Below, in pieces: positions 28,634 through 44,831 of a DNA stretch of 64,000 nucleotides; within the stretch, counting starts at the first letter, position 1; each line of letters starts with the position of its first letter. Both the position numbers and the translations under genes were made by a program. The DNA lies in contig OX597814.1 in the NCBI GenBank assembly GCA_951406725.2, forward strand, positions 63,116,001-63,180,000, read 5' to 3'. The stretch is from Octopus vulgaris (taxonomy: Eukaryota). Below the pieces are notes generated by a model. That model was given only the letters and a program-made list of their open reading frames with translations. It was not told the DNA's origin and ran no database searches.

Positions 28634-29298
28634 CTCATTGTGTAATCTTATTTCCTTCTGATGATATTTTTACATATTATTGTACAAAACAATTTTCAAG
28701 CATGTCTGTACCACAGAAACTCTCAGCGCGGTAATTTACGTGATCTTGACCACGCAGTACTACCAGTCTACAATTTTCTTAACGCAAAAAAAAAAGAAGA
28801 TAATAATCCAAAATCCCCCTGTCCACCCTTCCTACTGTATTCAAACATCCGTTGACTTCTACACGAAAAGTGTATGTTTGTCGCCCAACTAGGCCATCTA
28901 TTTCATATAACGGATTTTTATTCAGCTGGGTGGTTATTCACAATAACAATGAATGTTCATTTATTTGTTTTATATATTTCTGAGACGACAAAAATCTCAT
29001 CTAGTCATGTAGTGAGTACACGCAGGAGTGTCCCTAGCTGCTGCTGCGACGATTTTCGTTCCACTTCGTTATATATTGAGATTTTGAACAGATCATATAA
29101 CTAAGAGACGTTATCTATTGACAAATGTTGCAGTAAATTACTTTTCAACAATGTGTTTGGGTTAAGTGTGATGCAGAGATAACTATTCTAATTTAATACT
29201 GCATCTGTGGCATATAACGAATGTAGCTACATACATTTATGTATATTATGTACAAGTGTATATTTGTATTAAGTATATATTTATCATATATATCCATA

Positions 29299-29335
<37 letters not shown>

Positions 29336-29621
29336 TATGTGAGTGTCTCCGATTATAGCACTGTATAACTATCTTCGTTTGTGTACATATGTGTTTAAGT
29401 GTGTAGGTGTGTTTATGCATGCACACACCAATAGTTACACATGGAAAACTGTTGTTTCCGATATCATTGGCGAATCAAACAGGATGCTGGAAGGAACTGA
29501 TTACATTGTGTAGAATACATGAGATATCTCCATGAATCCACATCATATCAATTTATGTGGATATTCCCTCTCAATGAAACACTTATACATAAACATACGC
29601 ACAACAACACTCACACACATA

Positions 29622-29702
<81 letters not shown>

Positions 29703-29766
29703 GGAGATAAAGAGGGAGAGAGAGGGAGAGAAGGAGCGACAGAGAAAGAGAGAGAGATATCATGTC

Positions 29767-29810
<44 letters not shown>

Positions 29811-30251
29811 TATATATATATATGGATGTATATGTATACATACATAAATATATATATGTATATCATACATACATATATGTAAATATATATATATATATAC
29901 ATACCTATATATATATGTATAATATATATATATATATATAATATATATATATATATATACATAGATACATAAATACATACGTATGTACATATATACGTAC
30001 GTATGTACACAGTATTGACTATGGATCTGATGATATACATCTTCAGTTAGTTATATACACAGAAATGAATAGTGTGGTAGAGAGATTGATTGACAGACAG
30101 ATAATGAGATAACTGGAATAAATAACTAGAACAGCAATGCTGATAATATAAACAAGAATATTCTGACATTAATGAGTAGAGTTCAATACTTGTATGTATA
30201 TGTACATGCATTTCATGCATGTGTGTGCATTTATTCGTGCTCACACCACGC

Positions 30252-30361
<110 letters not shown>

Positions 30362-30712
30362 CGTTCGTGTTAGTGTGTTTAATGAAACATGAGTGATTTT
30401 AGAAAGGAGAGGAAGCCAGGTAAAAATAAATCATTAAATGTAAAAAAAGAAATAAGTGTTAGAAATAAAAGTAACGATAGCTCTACTTCTAATAATGATA
30501 ATAATGATACTACTAATGATTTTAGAAAATAATGACAAGACTTGGTTATTGTTGATTCTTTTCACGATGTTGTTGTTATTGATAATGATGACGACATTGA
30601 CGACAACGACGAAGACGATGACAATGATGATGATAATTATGATGATGATGGTGAAGATGACATCGACAACGGAATGAAATATAGAGATGTATTTCAGAAA
30701 TAGATAGGAACC

Positions 30713-30767
<55 letters not shown>

Positions 30768-32416
30768 TGATGTGTGGATGAGTGGAATAAGAGATAGAGA
30801 ACAGTGAAATCAGGAATATCCCAAGATAAAAATGTAAGAAAAAGAAATTAAAACAAAATAGAAAAAAAATGAACACCCCTCCCTTAAAAACCCCGAAGGA
30901 AAACCAAAACATAGAAAGGGGAAAAAAATCATTATAGATTAGTCAGACTGCATGCAGAAAGATGTTGTTCTTGTTGTTGCTAATATGAGTGAAAAGGATA
31001 TGTATGATAGTGTAAAGTGTAAGGTGCAACTTGCCAGCTGCACTAAGGTGTTTAAAATATTGCCAACTAAAGATGTTAGTTATAAGGAGAAAAGTAAATA
31101 AGGCTGTGATAACGAGGCTTAAAGAAAGAAGCGTGCTGCTCCAAGTTGTTTCTACTCATAGACAGCAGTAAATACACGTTCGTGTCGTCGTGGTTGTCGG
31201 TGTGTTGCCTTATTAGTGTATTTATTTTCTTTTCGTTTTATTCTTTGTACGTTGTTTTTGTTTTGGGGGGGTTTTGTCGAACTGTTTTTTTATAAAATAT
31301 GCATGCATATATGTATATATACGTATTTTAAAAATATATAACTAATATAATACGTTTTATATGTATATTCATTTTATGTAGCTTGTTGTGGGATCATTAC
31401 TGATGCTAGTAAACAGGTTAAGGGAAAGTGCATTTTTAAAAGAAAAAATCATATAAATTATAAACAAAAGTTATGTGCAACTAATGCATACAGAGTACTT
31501 GTACCTCGTTTCAATATTTCTGCCTATCAGCGACTTTATAGTAATTTTTCATATTTTGTTTTGATTAACGCTCTTGTCATTGTTCTCTCCCTCTTTCTCT
31601 TTACCTCTGATTCTCCTTTTCTGTAAATCGTATTATCTGCCTAACTTGCTCTCTCCCCATTTTTTTCTGTGATCTACAAACTGTGCGCCCCATTATTATT
31701 ATTTTTTTTCTTGTTACCCCCTTTAATTTTTCCCTTTCTGTTCGCATTTAAATTTAACTTCCGATTTGCAGACATACACTCACATTTATAGGTGTACTAA
31801 ACAACACGCATACACAATCGTAATCTTTTGACTTATCAAATCCAAACATATATTCACTTAAAGAGAAAACTTATATAAACACAACCACATGTACACGTAT
31901 TTGCGCATGTAAGTTGACGCTAATGCTTATATTCTATACATGAATGCATTCACTCCTTTCCTTCCCGCAAAGTCATGTTTCTTTTAATTGCAATCACACA
32001 CAATTACACAAATTCGCTTCCAGACATACAAAATAACAGTTTTAAATATAAGATAGTTTTCTCTTGTAAATAGGCATACAGAAATACACAGACTCACACA
32101 TTCTCAAGGTAAACAAAAACACATAGCGCATTCACACATAGATACATGCGCCGATGCTGTTGCAAATAGACAAGCACTGTATGTGTCTTATAATATAATA
32201 TATTATAATAAAATATAATATAATATAATATAACATAATATGATTATTGTTTAGTTATATTTGCTTTTCATCAAGCCAGCCAAGGAATTTCTTTCTTATA
32301 AAATATGCATTTAATCGTTGTCAACTCACTCTAGCATGCCGGACAACGATATTAAAATAAAATAATAAATTTGATTTTAAGTAAAACATCTTGACAAATT
32401 TACGTTTACTCACTCA

Positions 32417-32475
<59 letters not shown>

Positions 32476-34224
32476 ATTCAGTTAACGAGACAGACAGATG
32501 TAAGTTTATAATAATCGGCTGCGCTCAGTGGAATAATTTTTTAATTGTCAAAAAATAATAATAGTAAAGAAGATTTCTTTAAGAAAATCTTGAACAAAAG
32601 CAAGAAATTATCAACAACAAGCAAGAATAGCTACACGAATCAGCAATAACGGCATTAACAGCTGAATAGTAAAAGAAAAATTGCACATTTACAGCTACAA
32701 CAAAAATATAAACACTAGATTGACGAGATAGCTAACTGTAAACAAAGCAATCAAGATGCGCACGTGTACAATTATTTTAATAAACTGCTGCATAGCTGTG
32801 TGTGCATATGTGAATATGTATTTGCATATATTTAAACATATTTCTGAAATTGGGAATCCAAGCGAAAAATTAACAGACACCGGCAGAGTGTTAATGTATT
32901 ATTAGTGAAGTGGCAATGATTTGTAGAACGAGTAACAATAACAACAACATGACAAATATAATAAGTAAGGTAAAAATAATTATCAGTATATTTAATACAA
33001 GAAAAAAAGTGGCAAAGCATTCAACACATGGTTAGGTCTCTTGCTTAGAGTCTCAATAATAATGATAATGCTGATGATAAAAATAATAACACAGCAATTT
33101 TAAAAGATGCGTTCAAACCTAATTAACATATAAATTAAGATATGTTTTTATATATAACTGTTTCGTTTCTGTATGTTTCTGTTATTTGTTTATTTTTCAT
33201 CTTGAACGGTTTTTATCATTTATTTATATTTTGTTTTAATTGTTTCCTTTCTATAATTTATTTTCATATTTGTGTTTTGTAACTAAGATCAAAAACAAAA
33301 AGGCAGCATTCATTCGGATTCCCACACCTAATTTCAGCATTCACAGTTTCATACATTTGTTGTTAATTACATTTACACAGTCGTCTATTGGTCATTTTGT
33401 TGATTCTCTAGTCTTAGTAACGTCTGACTAATGAACAAAGAAGACAATTTGCCTGACAACCACTAACCAACTAAATGAGTGAACAACTAACGCAATGAAA
33501 TTAACCAATTCAGCAAGCACCAACCAAAATCGCAATTCACTAATTAAAGGACAATGTAACCAATTATTCATTCAATCAAGTAGCCCCCAGGTCACAGAAT
33601 TAAGTACCAAACAACAGACCTACCATCCGTATATATATATATATATATATATATACATACATTTATACCAAAATGATTCGAAACATGTAGCTGACCAAGG
33701 AAGTAACTGATCTACCTACGAGCAACCTACCGGCCAAGTGAACAGCTGACCAACCAAAGAACTGACTATGTGAGCATTTGACAAAACAAGGAACTGATCG
33801 AAAAAGGTATTAGGTGATTTCTTTGGGATAGCAAGAAAGTAAACCAGGACCAAATGAAATACCAAAGCCAGCAGCCAACAATTTGACCAATGTAGCTTAC
33901 ATTCTCGAACAATCACGCTTACCTTCGAAATGAACTCGCAAAGAGATGAAGCCATTAACTGTATGACAAAATGAAGTGAGAAAATACACAATTATTCCAG
34001 TTAGCCCTTGATGAAGCAATGCCTAAACCTGCTAACAACCAGTAACCAGCCAGTAAGTAAACAATCTTTTACACAAGATAAAAAGAAATTAATAACAAAC
34101 CTAACTAACCTAACCTGAGGAGCATTTCATCTATCAACCATATACCAATGTTGCCAAATAGTAAAAAGAAAAACACTTGATCATTAGTCCAACAATTTCC
34201 ACCACCACAACCGACAATCCAACC

Positions 34225-34440
34225 AAGCAACGTGCCAACGTAGCAACCAACCAAGCAACCAACGGACCAACGAACCGATGGACCAACCAAGAATCAATCA
34301 AGCAAGCAAGCAGGAACCAACCAACCAACCAACCAACCAACCAACCAACCAACCAACCAACCAACCAGACAGCCAACCAACCAACCAACCAACCAACCAA
34401 CCAACCAACCAACCAACCAACCAACCAAACAACCAAACAA
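34225..34440. repeat. (AACC)n microsatellite with degenerate flank
   Basis: Seen directly. Confidence 0.9.
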
Positions 34441-34869
34441 TGAAAGGATCTAATTTTGAATAACAATTTAATTACATAGTAAACAGGCTACAATATTACT
34501 ATTTCTTGTTATTACTGTGGTTGTGCTGAGTTACTGTCATAAAAATGCTTTAATAACACACCTGCAGAGTAGAATTAAGAAAATTTGCTTATCGGAGAAA
34601 CGTTCTACCAGCTTACATCCTCGTCGACATAGACGAAAATGTAAAGAAGTACATCACACGCTACTGGAGGTATATGTGCCAAATATGTTACAGCTGTCAG
34701 GATAGCTGTCTTAGTTATACTACACTGGATAAAACAGTTCTTGTATCAATTAATCAAACAAGAAAGCTCTTCAACTAATTAATTAACCAAATATTAAATG
34801 AACCAGTCAAATTAGGAAACAATCAACAATTTATCACACTCACTAAAGTCTTTATTCTATTTTTAATAG

Positions 34870-34908
34870 AATTTTCTTGATGAAGGACTACAAATCGAAA
34901 CGTCGAAC
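34870..34908 (+). ncRNA. Degenerate minimal hammerhead-like motif
   Basis: TTC TTGATGA AGGACTACAAATC GAAAC GTC GAA. Has an ACGT palindrome, GUC triplet and 3-bp stem I, but a weak stem II; ~50 bp from a (TA)n tract. Confidence 0.4.
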
Positions 34909-34953
34909 TATCTTACAGCTTAAAATTACATTTGCACTCTTGTATGTGTGTAC

Positions 34954-35014
<61 letters not shown>

Positions 35015-35470
35015 TGTGTGTGTATAGAATTCTCGCATATTTTGGGAACTAATCAACAAGTTGGTAGAAGAAAAGGGAAGCAACAAAGGATTAGCCGAAG
35101 CATTAACCAGTCACTTAATCAACTGAGTTCAACTAGAGTTACAAAAGATTGAGAATTGCCAATCAATCAGTGGTTGAACATTTTTGCACTTAAACAAATA
35201 GTACTGGAATGTCAGGACGAAAGCAACTATCGCATACAAAATGCAACAGATACACACACACACATAAGGTGCGTTCGCACTTGTCTGTTTGTATAACAAT
35301 AGCAATAACAATCGTAATAAAATAGTAATAACATTTATAACCGTATCTCTTAATGATGTCCAATTAGATATGAGAGGAGATACCAAGAACAATGGGAAGA
35401 CTGACGAATCAATTAAAAAGTAGTAACAAAACTTTACGCTTTCCAAAATTAATGCACAGTAGGGAAATTT

Positions 35471-35617
<147 letters not shown>

Positions 35618-36521
35618 GGAAAAGCACTTCAGATGGACAGAACTACGTTGAATCTCAAAGTTTACAGATTTTTTGATATTATATGCATAGTTTTGAGATA
35701 CACCTCACGCATGCACTGAAGTACAACGTCAGTGATGTTTCTGTGGTCTTACAGGCTTTAGGATCTTTCAACATTTGATGTCACTTCGCCCAGTTGACTC
35801 AGCCGAAACATTAACCAATTGATTCTGACTTTAACTAAAGAATTACATATATACATGCATCCCTTACTCTTTCTCTTTACACACAACTACACACGCACAC
35901 GCATGCTCCTGCGTTATCCAGAGTAGACTCGATAAAATAAGTATGTGTTTGTATTTTCGAAGCCTGTATAGACTTGATCATTCAGTTCGTTTTTATCTAT
36001 TAGTTATTATTCAGTACTATCATCGATTTTTAATGCAGTAAGATGCGATTTGCAATTGACTTGACTCTTGGCTACTCAAGTTATCATGGAAATCTCCAAC
36101 GTTGCTCGCCTACTATATATATGAATATACATACACACAAGTCTGTTATCATATAGATGTAGACACACGCGCGTATATACATAAATATAAACTTAGTTAT
36201 AATATAAGTTACAATATAGCAGAATGTAAGCTGCCGAGAAACCGAGACGATATGCCAGTTTTGAAACTTATTGAAACTATTTCTCATTCATAACACCTCT
36301 TAGAAATGCCTGAATGTCACGCAACTGCAATCATTTTGTAAAAAAAAAAAAAAGTAAAAGTAATGACTGGGCTGCAACCCAGATAAGAAACCGATATTTA
36401 TTGGTTTTTTTTCTAACAAATAGAAATGAACCAGTAAATGAAAAAGAATCTACATCTGTGTACTTAACAACATCACAAAACATAGTATATATATATACAT
36501 TTGTACATAGCAAATTTTATG

Positions 36522-36580
<59 letters not shown>

Positions 36581-36952
36581 ATGTATGTATGTATGTATGT
36601 ATGTATTTGTGTGTGTATGTGTGAGTACATACGTGAATAGCTTTCTAGACGTGGTGGTAAAAACGAAAATGACAAAAAAAAAATCTCAAAACAACTGCAA
36701 CAAAATATTTAAAGTAAAATAGCTTTATATAGAAATTTATCTGTTGCCTTTGGATACCATGACAATAACACGAAGCTGTGAAAATGTCAGATAGTCCAAA
36801 CTAGACAAGAGGCTTTACGTGGATCTCCGTAACACTATTTGAATTGAATGATTTAATTATGTGCCTGTGTATGTTTCTGACTATAAATGTATGCATATAT
36901 GTGTATGCATGCATACATACACCCAAACAATATATGTACATATGTATGTATT

Positions 36953-36992
<40 letters not shown>

Positions 36993-37474
36993 CACATTTA
37001 TATTTATAAACGAATATAAAATAAATTATAACGGAAAATCCATCGAATGTAAATAGATTATATAACAAGATATAATATATTACTTATGATTCAACGCACC
37101 TACCAAGTAGTGTATATATATATATATATATATACAGACACACACGCACACTCACACATATTTAAGTATCTGTGACCGATTGTTGATTATGTTAAATATT
37201 TATGTATGCATCTCTATATGTTGATAGATATAGATAGACAGATATCAATTATTGTATATATGAAAAGAAGTCCCACTGACTCTGTCTTTCTATTCATCTC
37301 AAAAGTAATCACAAGTACAGCACCAGTTTTCACGCATAATCACAACATATATACACAAATACATCATTACCGCATTTTTACCTTTGTATTTTCTTTCACG
37401 ACTATTCATATATACGTACATTCTCCCTGTACCCCACTTACGCATACATCCATCTTTCTCTATATGTACATATG

Positions 37475-37515
<41 letters not shown>

Positions 37516-37592
37516 GTTCATATATATATTATATATATATATATATACATACGTACATAAATATATACATACATATATATATGTATACATGT

Positions 37593-37623
<31 letters not shown>

Positions 37624-37727
37624 GTTCATATATATATTATATATATATATATATACATACGTACATAAATATATACATACATATATATATGTATACATGT
37701 TATACACGTACATTTGCACACATATGC

Positions 37728-37789
<62 letters not shown>

Positions 37790-38199
37790 TATTTGACATT
37801 TCAATTTTGCGCTGTAGTTGATAGTTTTGTATAACTCTACTATCTTCTGGGATCATACTCTCCCTCACATTCCATTTCTCTGTTTGTTTACTTTTTTATA
37901 CTTTGATATATCGTATTTTATATTGAATGCCTTGATGCATTTTAATTGATTCTAATTGATATTAAGTTTTATGTTTTGAGATATTATTACTGTTGAATTA
38001 TATCTGTGCTATTGCTTTTTGAAAATTCATTTAACTAATAAACAAGAAGATATGTATTTTTCCTTCTTTTTAATCAGAACACCGTTGTTTACTTTACTCC
38101 CATATACTCGTACAAATAAGCACGCACCTACATGCACATATACATTGTGTCATCTTCATACATGCCTTTAATTAAAGTCACATATACACTTCCACGGGT

Positions 38200-38372
38200 G
38201 GAGGCTGTGGCTTAGTTGTTAGGCGTGGTGGACTCCTGATCGTAAAATTGTTGTTACAATTCCTGGACTGAGTGCCGTATTTTATTCTTGAGCAAAACAC
38301 TTCATTTTATGTTGCCGCAGTCCACTCAGCTGGCAAAAGTAAGTAATCTTGCGATGGACCGGCGTCCCGTCA
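38200..38372 (+). mobile_element. tRNA-derived SINE (family A), decayed
   Basis: TGTGGCTTAGTTGTTAGG head and GAGCAAAACACTTCATTT...CAGTCCACTCAGCTGGCAAAA body, similar to 2518-2640. Confidence 0.65.
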
Positions 38373-38890
38373 GATAGATATATACGGACGGATAGAGGGT
38401 AAACCAACCTTATGAGTGTATATGACCCGGGAAGGAACTTCTCTTATTTTTATATACTTTCAACGAACACACACACATGCATAGTTATTTGCATATAAGC
38501 ATAGTTATTTGATGAGCCTCCAGTAAATGCCTGAGGATTCCACGGATACGTGTGTTCTTAACGTAATTTACAGCCGAATCGGCGTGACATATATAGCACA
38601 ATAATATACAAAATGGATTTCTGAATTCTAGGCGCAATCAGTCTCTCAAGCTTTCGGCGAAGTTACCTTAGGAAACGACACCTCGATAACTGGATAGATG
38701 CTATCAGAGGAGAGAAGAAAAAAAACAAAAACAAATGTCAACGCTGTAGAACAAAGTATCATAGGTGTGGATATACACAGGCCCACGCACGCAGACACGT
38801 GCACACGCTCACATACATACACACATATAATTATGTGTATCTGTAAGTTAAGGGTTCAGCAGCAGGAATCGGTAGAATAAGTACCAGCCT

Positions 38891-38945
<55 letters not shown>

Positions 38946-39217
38946 AAAAGTGAGAGCTTAGGATAGATTATTTTGCTATACTTATTCTGGTTTTCTGGCA
39001 TATTGTTATAAATGCTTATGCCGTCAACTCAGTATTACATCATTTTCTGCTCAATAGAGTATTTTTTATTATAGAGTTGTCGATTTTCCTCTTTCTCCAA
39101 TCTGTGTGTCTCTCTCATTCTCTGTTAGAGAGCGACAAAGAGAATCATTAGTTATTGTCAGATCTGATCTGGACAAGAATAGTTTACGCTAAGCTTGAAA
39201 TGTTTGGTATAAATATA

Positions 39218-39381
39218 TATAATACAAAATGGGACAAGAACGTAAAACATCCGGACAGCTAGGTGATACAAAAAGGGACACCAACACATCCAGATAGACG
39301 ATACAAGGAAAAGAAAACAAGGACGGGTCATTCGAAGCTTTCTTTCCTCAGTCAAACACCAGAAAATCCTCGCAATTTCGG
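39218..39381 (-). mobile_element. Short microsatellite-embedded element (probable Penelope-like 3' end); inverted sibling at 42671-42807
   Basis: Its reverse complement matches CCGAAATTGCGAGGAT...TGACTGAGGA...CTTCGAATGACCCGTCCTTG...CTTGTCCCATTTTGTATTATA. Confidence 0.65.
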
Positions 39382-39422
39382 ATATATATATATATAGATG
39401 TATGCATGGATGTATGTATATG

Positions 39423-39484
<62 letters not shown>

Positions 39485-39585
39485 TATGGATGTATGTACA
39501 TATATATATACACATATATAAATATATGCATGTATACGTATAAATATATGTATGAGTTATTATATATATATATATATATGTGTGT

Positions 39586-39625
<40 letters not shown>

Positions 39626-40022
39626 CTGCGTGTAAATAGACGAAGCTGCCTTATGATGTACAACCTTTCAGTTATGATCATCTCATCATGTTTTCAGACA
39701 TTATATTGCTCTCAGTGTCCATTTTTATACATCATGTACATACTGACTTGAGGAAGATTTGGTTGTTATGTCTAAAAAGAACCAATCACTGTTTAGAGGT
39801 TTCGACCCTTTGATCCGTGTTATAATTACATTTGAAATAAATTTATTTAATAACTTGGTAAAGAGCTGGAGAACCCATGATCTGTTTCATTTTATTTCTT
39901 AGCTAACTCTCACACCTTCATTACAATCTTTCCCTACCGTCCTCTAAATTCGCGCGCACACACCCACCCACACAGGTAGATAATAATAATATATACTTAC
40001 ATACATATTTCTATATATATAT

Positions 40023-40114
<92 letters not shown>

Positions 40115-40514
40115 AATATATATGTATATATATATATATACATATACTGTCACTCCCCTATCTTACTGCATCTAAAACTAAATACGTGGCATTGGCGACC
40201 AAATCGGACAATGACAATGAATTTCATACCATGAACTCTCAGGAAGTATCGTAAGGAGGTTCAATTTCTGAAGGGCCGCTTAAATTGGGCACCGCTGCCA
40301 ACCCCTATTTTTACTGCCTTTACTTCGCTCCTCCCTTATTGATTAAACTATGATCAGCATCAATGCTTAGCACATTTGCAGAAATAAGTTTGGGTATTAC
40401 ACTACACAAGGGTAAAGGGTCGCAAAGCGGCCATGCCACCCGAAGGACGGCTTCAAGGCTGCTATATATAATGCTATATATGTGTGTGTGTGTGCGGTCT
40501 GTGTGTGTATATAC

Positions 40515-40586
<72 letters not shown>

Positions 40587-41559
40587 ACATGGAGGCAGAT
40601 TGGGTCAACTTGACATCTGCATTATATCCAAATACCGGAAGGACCCCAGGTACATAGGTAATACGAACAGACTAGCACACACAGGCACACATACACACAT
40701 GCCACAAACAAACGAACAAAAAGAACTCAGCTGTGATAATGGTCAGAGCCGACGAGAACTGGAAAGGTTGCAAAATAAATAACTAAATGAGAGGAAATCG
40801 ACCCGGTAAGTGTGTTAAATAATAAGGCACTAAAAGAGAATAACTATCCGCAGACACAATAATATATATATATATATTTATTTATATATTCCACTGGCCA
40901 CACTGGGTTATTTCTATTAGTTTAGTTATACTTCAGCTATATGTGTGACTGTATGTCTGTTTGTACACACACTTACACATATATTCTTACACAGATACAT
41001 TCATAACAAAATTAATGAGTCCGCGTCAATTTTGATGAGTAGTGTTCCAGTTACCGAATCAACAGATCTGAAAACTTTTCCAATTACCGAATAAACTGCT
41101 GAGTATTCCACGTACACGTGCACTGTTAACGTCATTGTCATTCCGAATCAGAGTGATAGACTGTGCGACATGACTCTGCCGTTTATTTTACAAGTACTGC
41201 CCGTCTGATAGGCTTCAGCACTGTTTCAAGAACTAATTCAACTCTTAATGATTTTGTCTACCCAAAGTTTTAGTGTAAGAAACTTTGTAAAGAGCCATGC
41301 AGTAAGATTTACGCAGACCTCCCTGATTATGAAGCGAACTTGTAAAAAAAATCGTCCTCCGAGCACGCATGCTCACACACACACACACACACACGCACAC
41401 ACACACACTACACTCACACATACTCACACTCACCTACACCCACACACGTGCGCGCGCGCATACACATATGTGCATGCACTTATACATACATATATACACA
41501 AACATGCATCCATAATGTACATGCTTGCATACATACATATGTGTGTATACATACATACA

Positions 41560-41603
<44 letters not shown>

Positions 41604-41812
41604 ATCTAAATATACATATATTCAGATTTATGTATAGCCCCCAGTAAAAAGAAACAATTAACTTCCTCAGATCGGACGTTAGTAGTTTTTTTTTTAGAAA
41701 GAAAAGGTGTTGCATACAATTCTGATATTGGTTTTCTTAATTCAATGTTCTCAAGTAAGAAACCGAAAGACGGATATGGAGAAAAAGGAGATCAAGCGAG
41801 ATAGATAGACAT

Positions 41813-41879
<67 letters not shown>

Positions 41880-42155
41880 GGGAGAGAGAGAGAGAGAGAG
41901 GGGGAAGAGAGATGCAGACAGAAAGGTAAGAGAAAGATAGAGAGACAAAATAGAGAAAGACAGTAAGGCAGTAAAAGCATAAACAATAAGGTAAATTGAA
42001 AAAGTGAAAAACAACAACAACGAGACAGGCAAGAAGGAAACACATGTACAGATGAATAGACTCAATATAGGAAATATAAATAAAAATAGATTAATTGATA
42101 AGGATGGAAAAATAAAGAAATGAAGATACATATGACCCTCACACTATCTATCCAT

Positions 42156-42337
<182 letters not shown>

Positions 42338-42622
42338 TATGCGTACGTACACGTACGCGCACACACACACACACACACACACGCACACACACACACACAC
42401 ACACACAGATAAAAAAACTAACGGTCTGAAATTGTTAGAAAGTTACATACATAGGCAAATAATACTGGCGTAGATAGACAGGCAGATGCACATATGCATT
42501 CATACACAGTCATCAGACATATACTTACAAATATGAATACACTCACACATATATATATATATATGTTTATATATGTTTGTGTGTGTATATATATCAATGT
42601 TTATATATGATATTTGTGTGTC

Positions 42623-42904
<282 letters not shown>

Positions 42905-43005
42905 GCATATGTGTGTGTATTTATGTATTTGTATACATCTATCTATATATCTATCCATATATACATACCTACATACACACATACATACATGCATACATAC
43001 ATACA

Positions 43006-43039
<34 letters not shown>

Positions 43040-43760
43040 CATACATACGTACATACATCCGTGCATGTATATACGCATGATCACGATATCTTAAACTATA
43101 AAAATCGGCAAGACCTTCTTAAGATTTAAAGGATAATGCTTAAAACAAGATGCTTTCCTTCACATCCTTGCTACCAAGTTGTTGGCCGGTCAAAAATTAC
43201 ACAAAATTAAAAAGATAAAGACATGAACATAGATAGAAAAATGCATACACGCAGAAATATACACAACATATATAAATACTTCAGACATGGTTATGATTAT
43301 AGAAAAGAATATGTAAAAAGAATATGGAACATAAGGTAGAAAAAAATACGTGAAAGAGAGAGAGAGAGAGAGGGTGGGGAGAAAGAGAAAGAGTGTGATA
43401 GAATGAACAGATAAATAGTGTGAAAGGTTGAAAGAGAAGAGAAGAGAGGAAGACAGAGAGCTTTGTGATGTTGAGTGGACGGGAGGGAAGGAATGAAGAG
43501 AAAAAAAAGAGCTAGAAAAGAAAAATAGATAAATCGACAAACAGCAGAGTTAGTTATTGTTAGTTGCTGTTGGAGACGAATCTATAGAAAAATTTAGTGG
43601 CAAATCCACGTTTGTAAAATAGCGACCAATACGTATCTTAGTAACGCGTATCGACACATATATCGCGGCCGCAAAACACAAAACGCACAGTATAAGTAAA
43701 TACATTTACATACGTTCAAAATACAACACAGAAAACTGTGTATATGTTCGCGAACAGCGT

Positions 43761-43820
43761 TATTCTTTTATTCTTTAATTTGTTTCAGTCGTTTGACTAC
43801 GGCAATGCTGGAACACCGCC
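43761..43820 (-). mobile_element. Isolated LINE/SINE 3' tail
   Basis: Reverse complement GGCGGTGTTCCAGCATTGCCGTAGTCAAACGACTGAAACAAATTAAAGAATAAAAGAATA matches the tail at 5978-6036. Confidence 0.75.
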
Positions 43821-44380
43821 TTTTATATATGTATGAATAAATATTATCAATTCTTTTTCACACACACACACACACACACATATATATACATATACATATA
43901 CATATACATATACGCCTGCACGCATATATGCACACGACCAGAAACGATAATACACACAACTACATGCACAAAACATGGAAGATATATGCACACGCATTAT
44001 CAAACACCGGCGCATACATACACATAGATACATACAATGGTGTATATAATACACAATTAGTCAGTGGGAGAGACGAGCTGGGGGAGACATCAGAATTGCT
44101 GAAAGTACAGTGGTTGGGGTGCATGCAAACATAAACCCCGTGCACCCAAACTCGAACATCCATTCACATGAATGCGCATAATATACACCACGCACGTGTA
44201 ATATTTTATACACACACACAAACAAACAGAAGTAGGTACACATTAGTACACACTCGCGCTCCCGCGCACACCAACACGACCATGTAATTATATGCAAACA
44301 CAGGCAGACACGTGTGTAGTACTACTAAAGAAACACACAAACACGGTGACACATATATGAATGCATGCATCTTCTCTCTT

Positions 44381-44418
<38 letters not shown>

Positions 44419-44765
44419 CACACACACACAGAGACTCATACACATATAGGATATGAAAAGAAACTTGCATCATTATAACATGCTTCTGAATTAGACGAGA
44501 AGGAAAGCAATACTTTGATACAGAAAGTGTAAACAAAATCTGGCGTCGTCACCACCACCACCATCATAAACAATACCAACTCCATACCCTCCACTACCAC
44601 CACCACTACCACCACCACTACCACCACGATTACCACAACCACAACGAGCGCCCCTCCGCAACCACCACTACCGCCTTTACCACCACCACCAACACCATCA
44701 CTTCCACAACTGCCGGTGCTGCCAGCAAAGTCACTTTTAACTACCAACGATTATCACAACCACCT

Positions 44766-44831
<66 letters not shown>

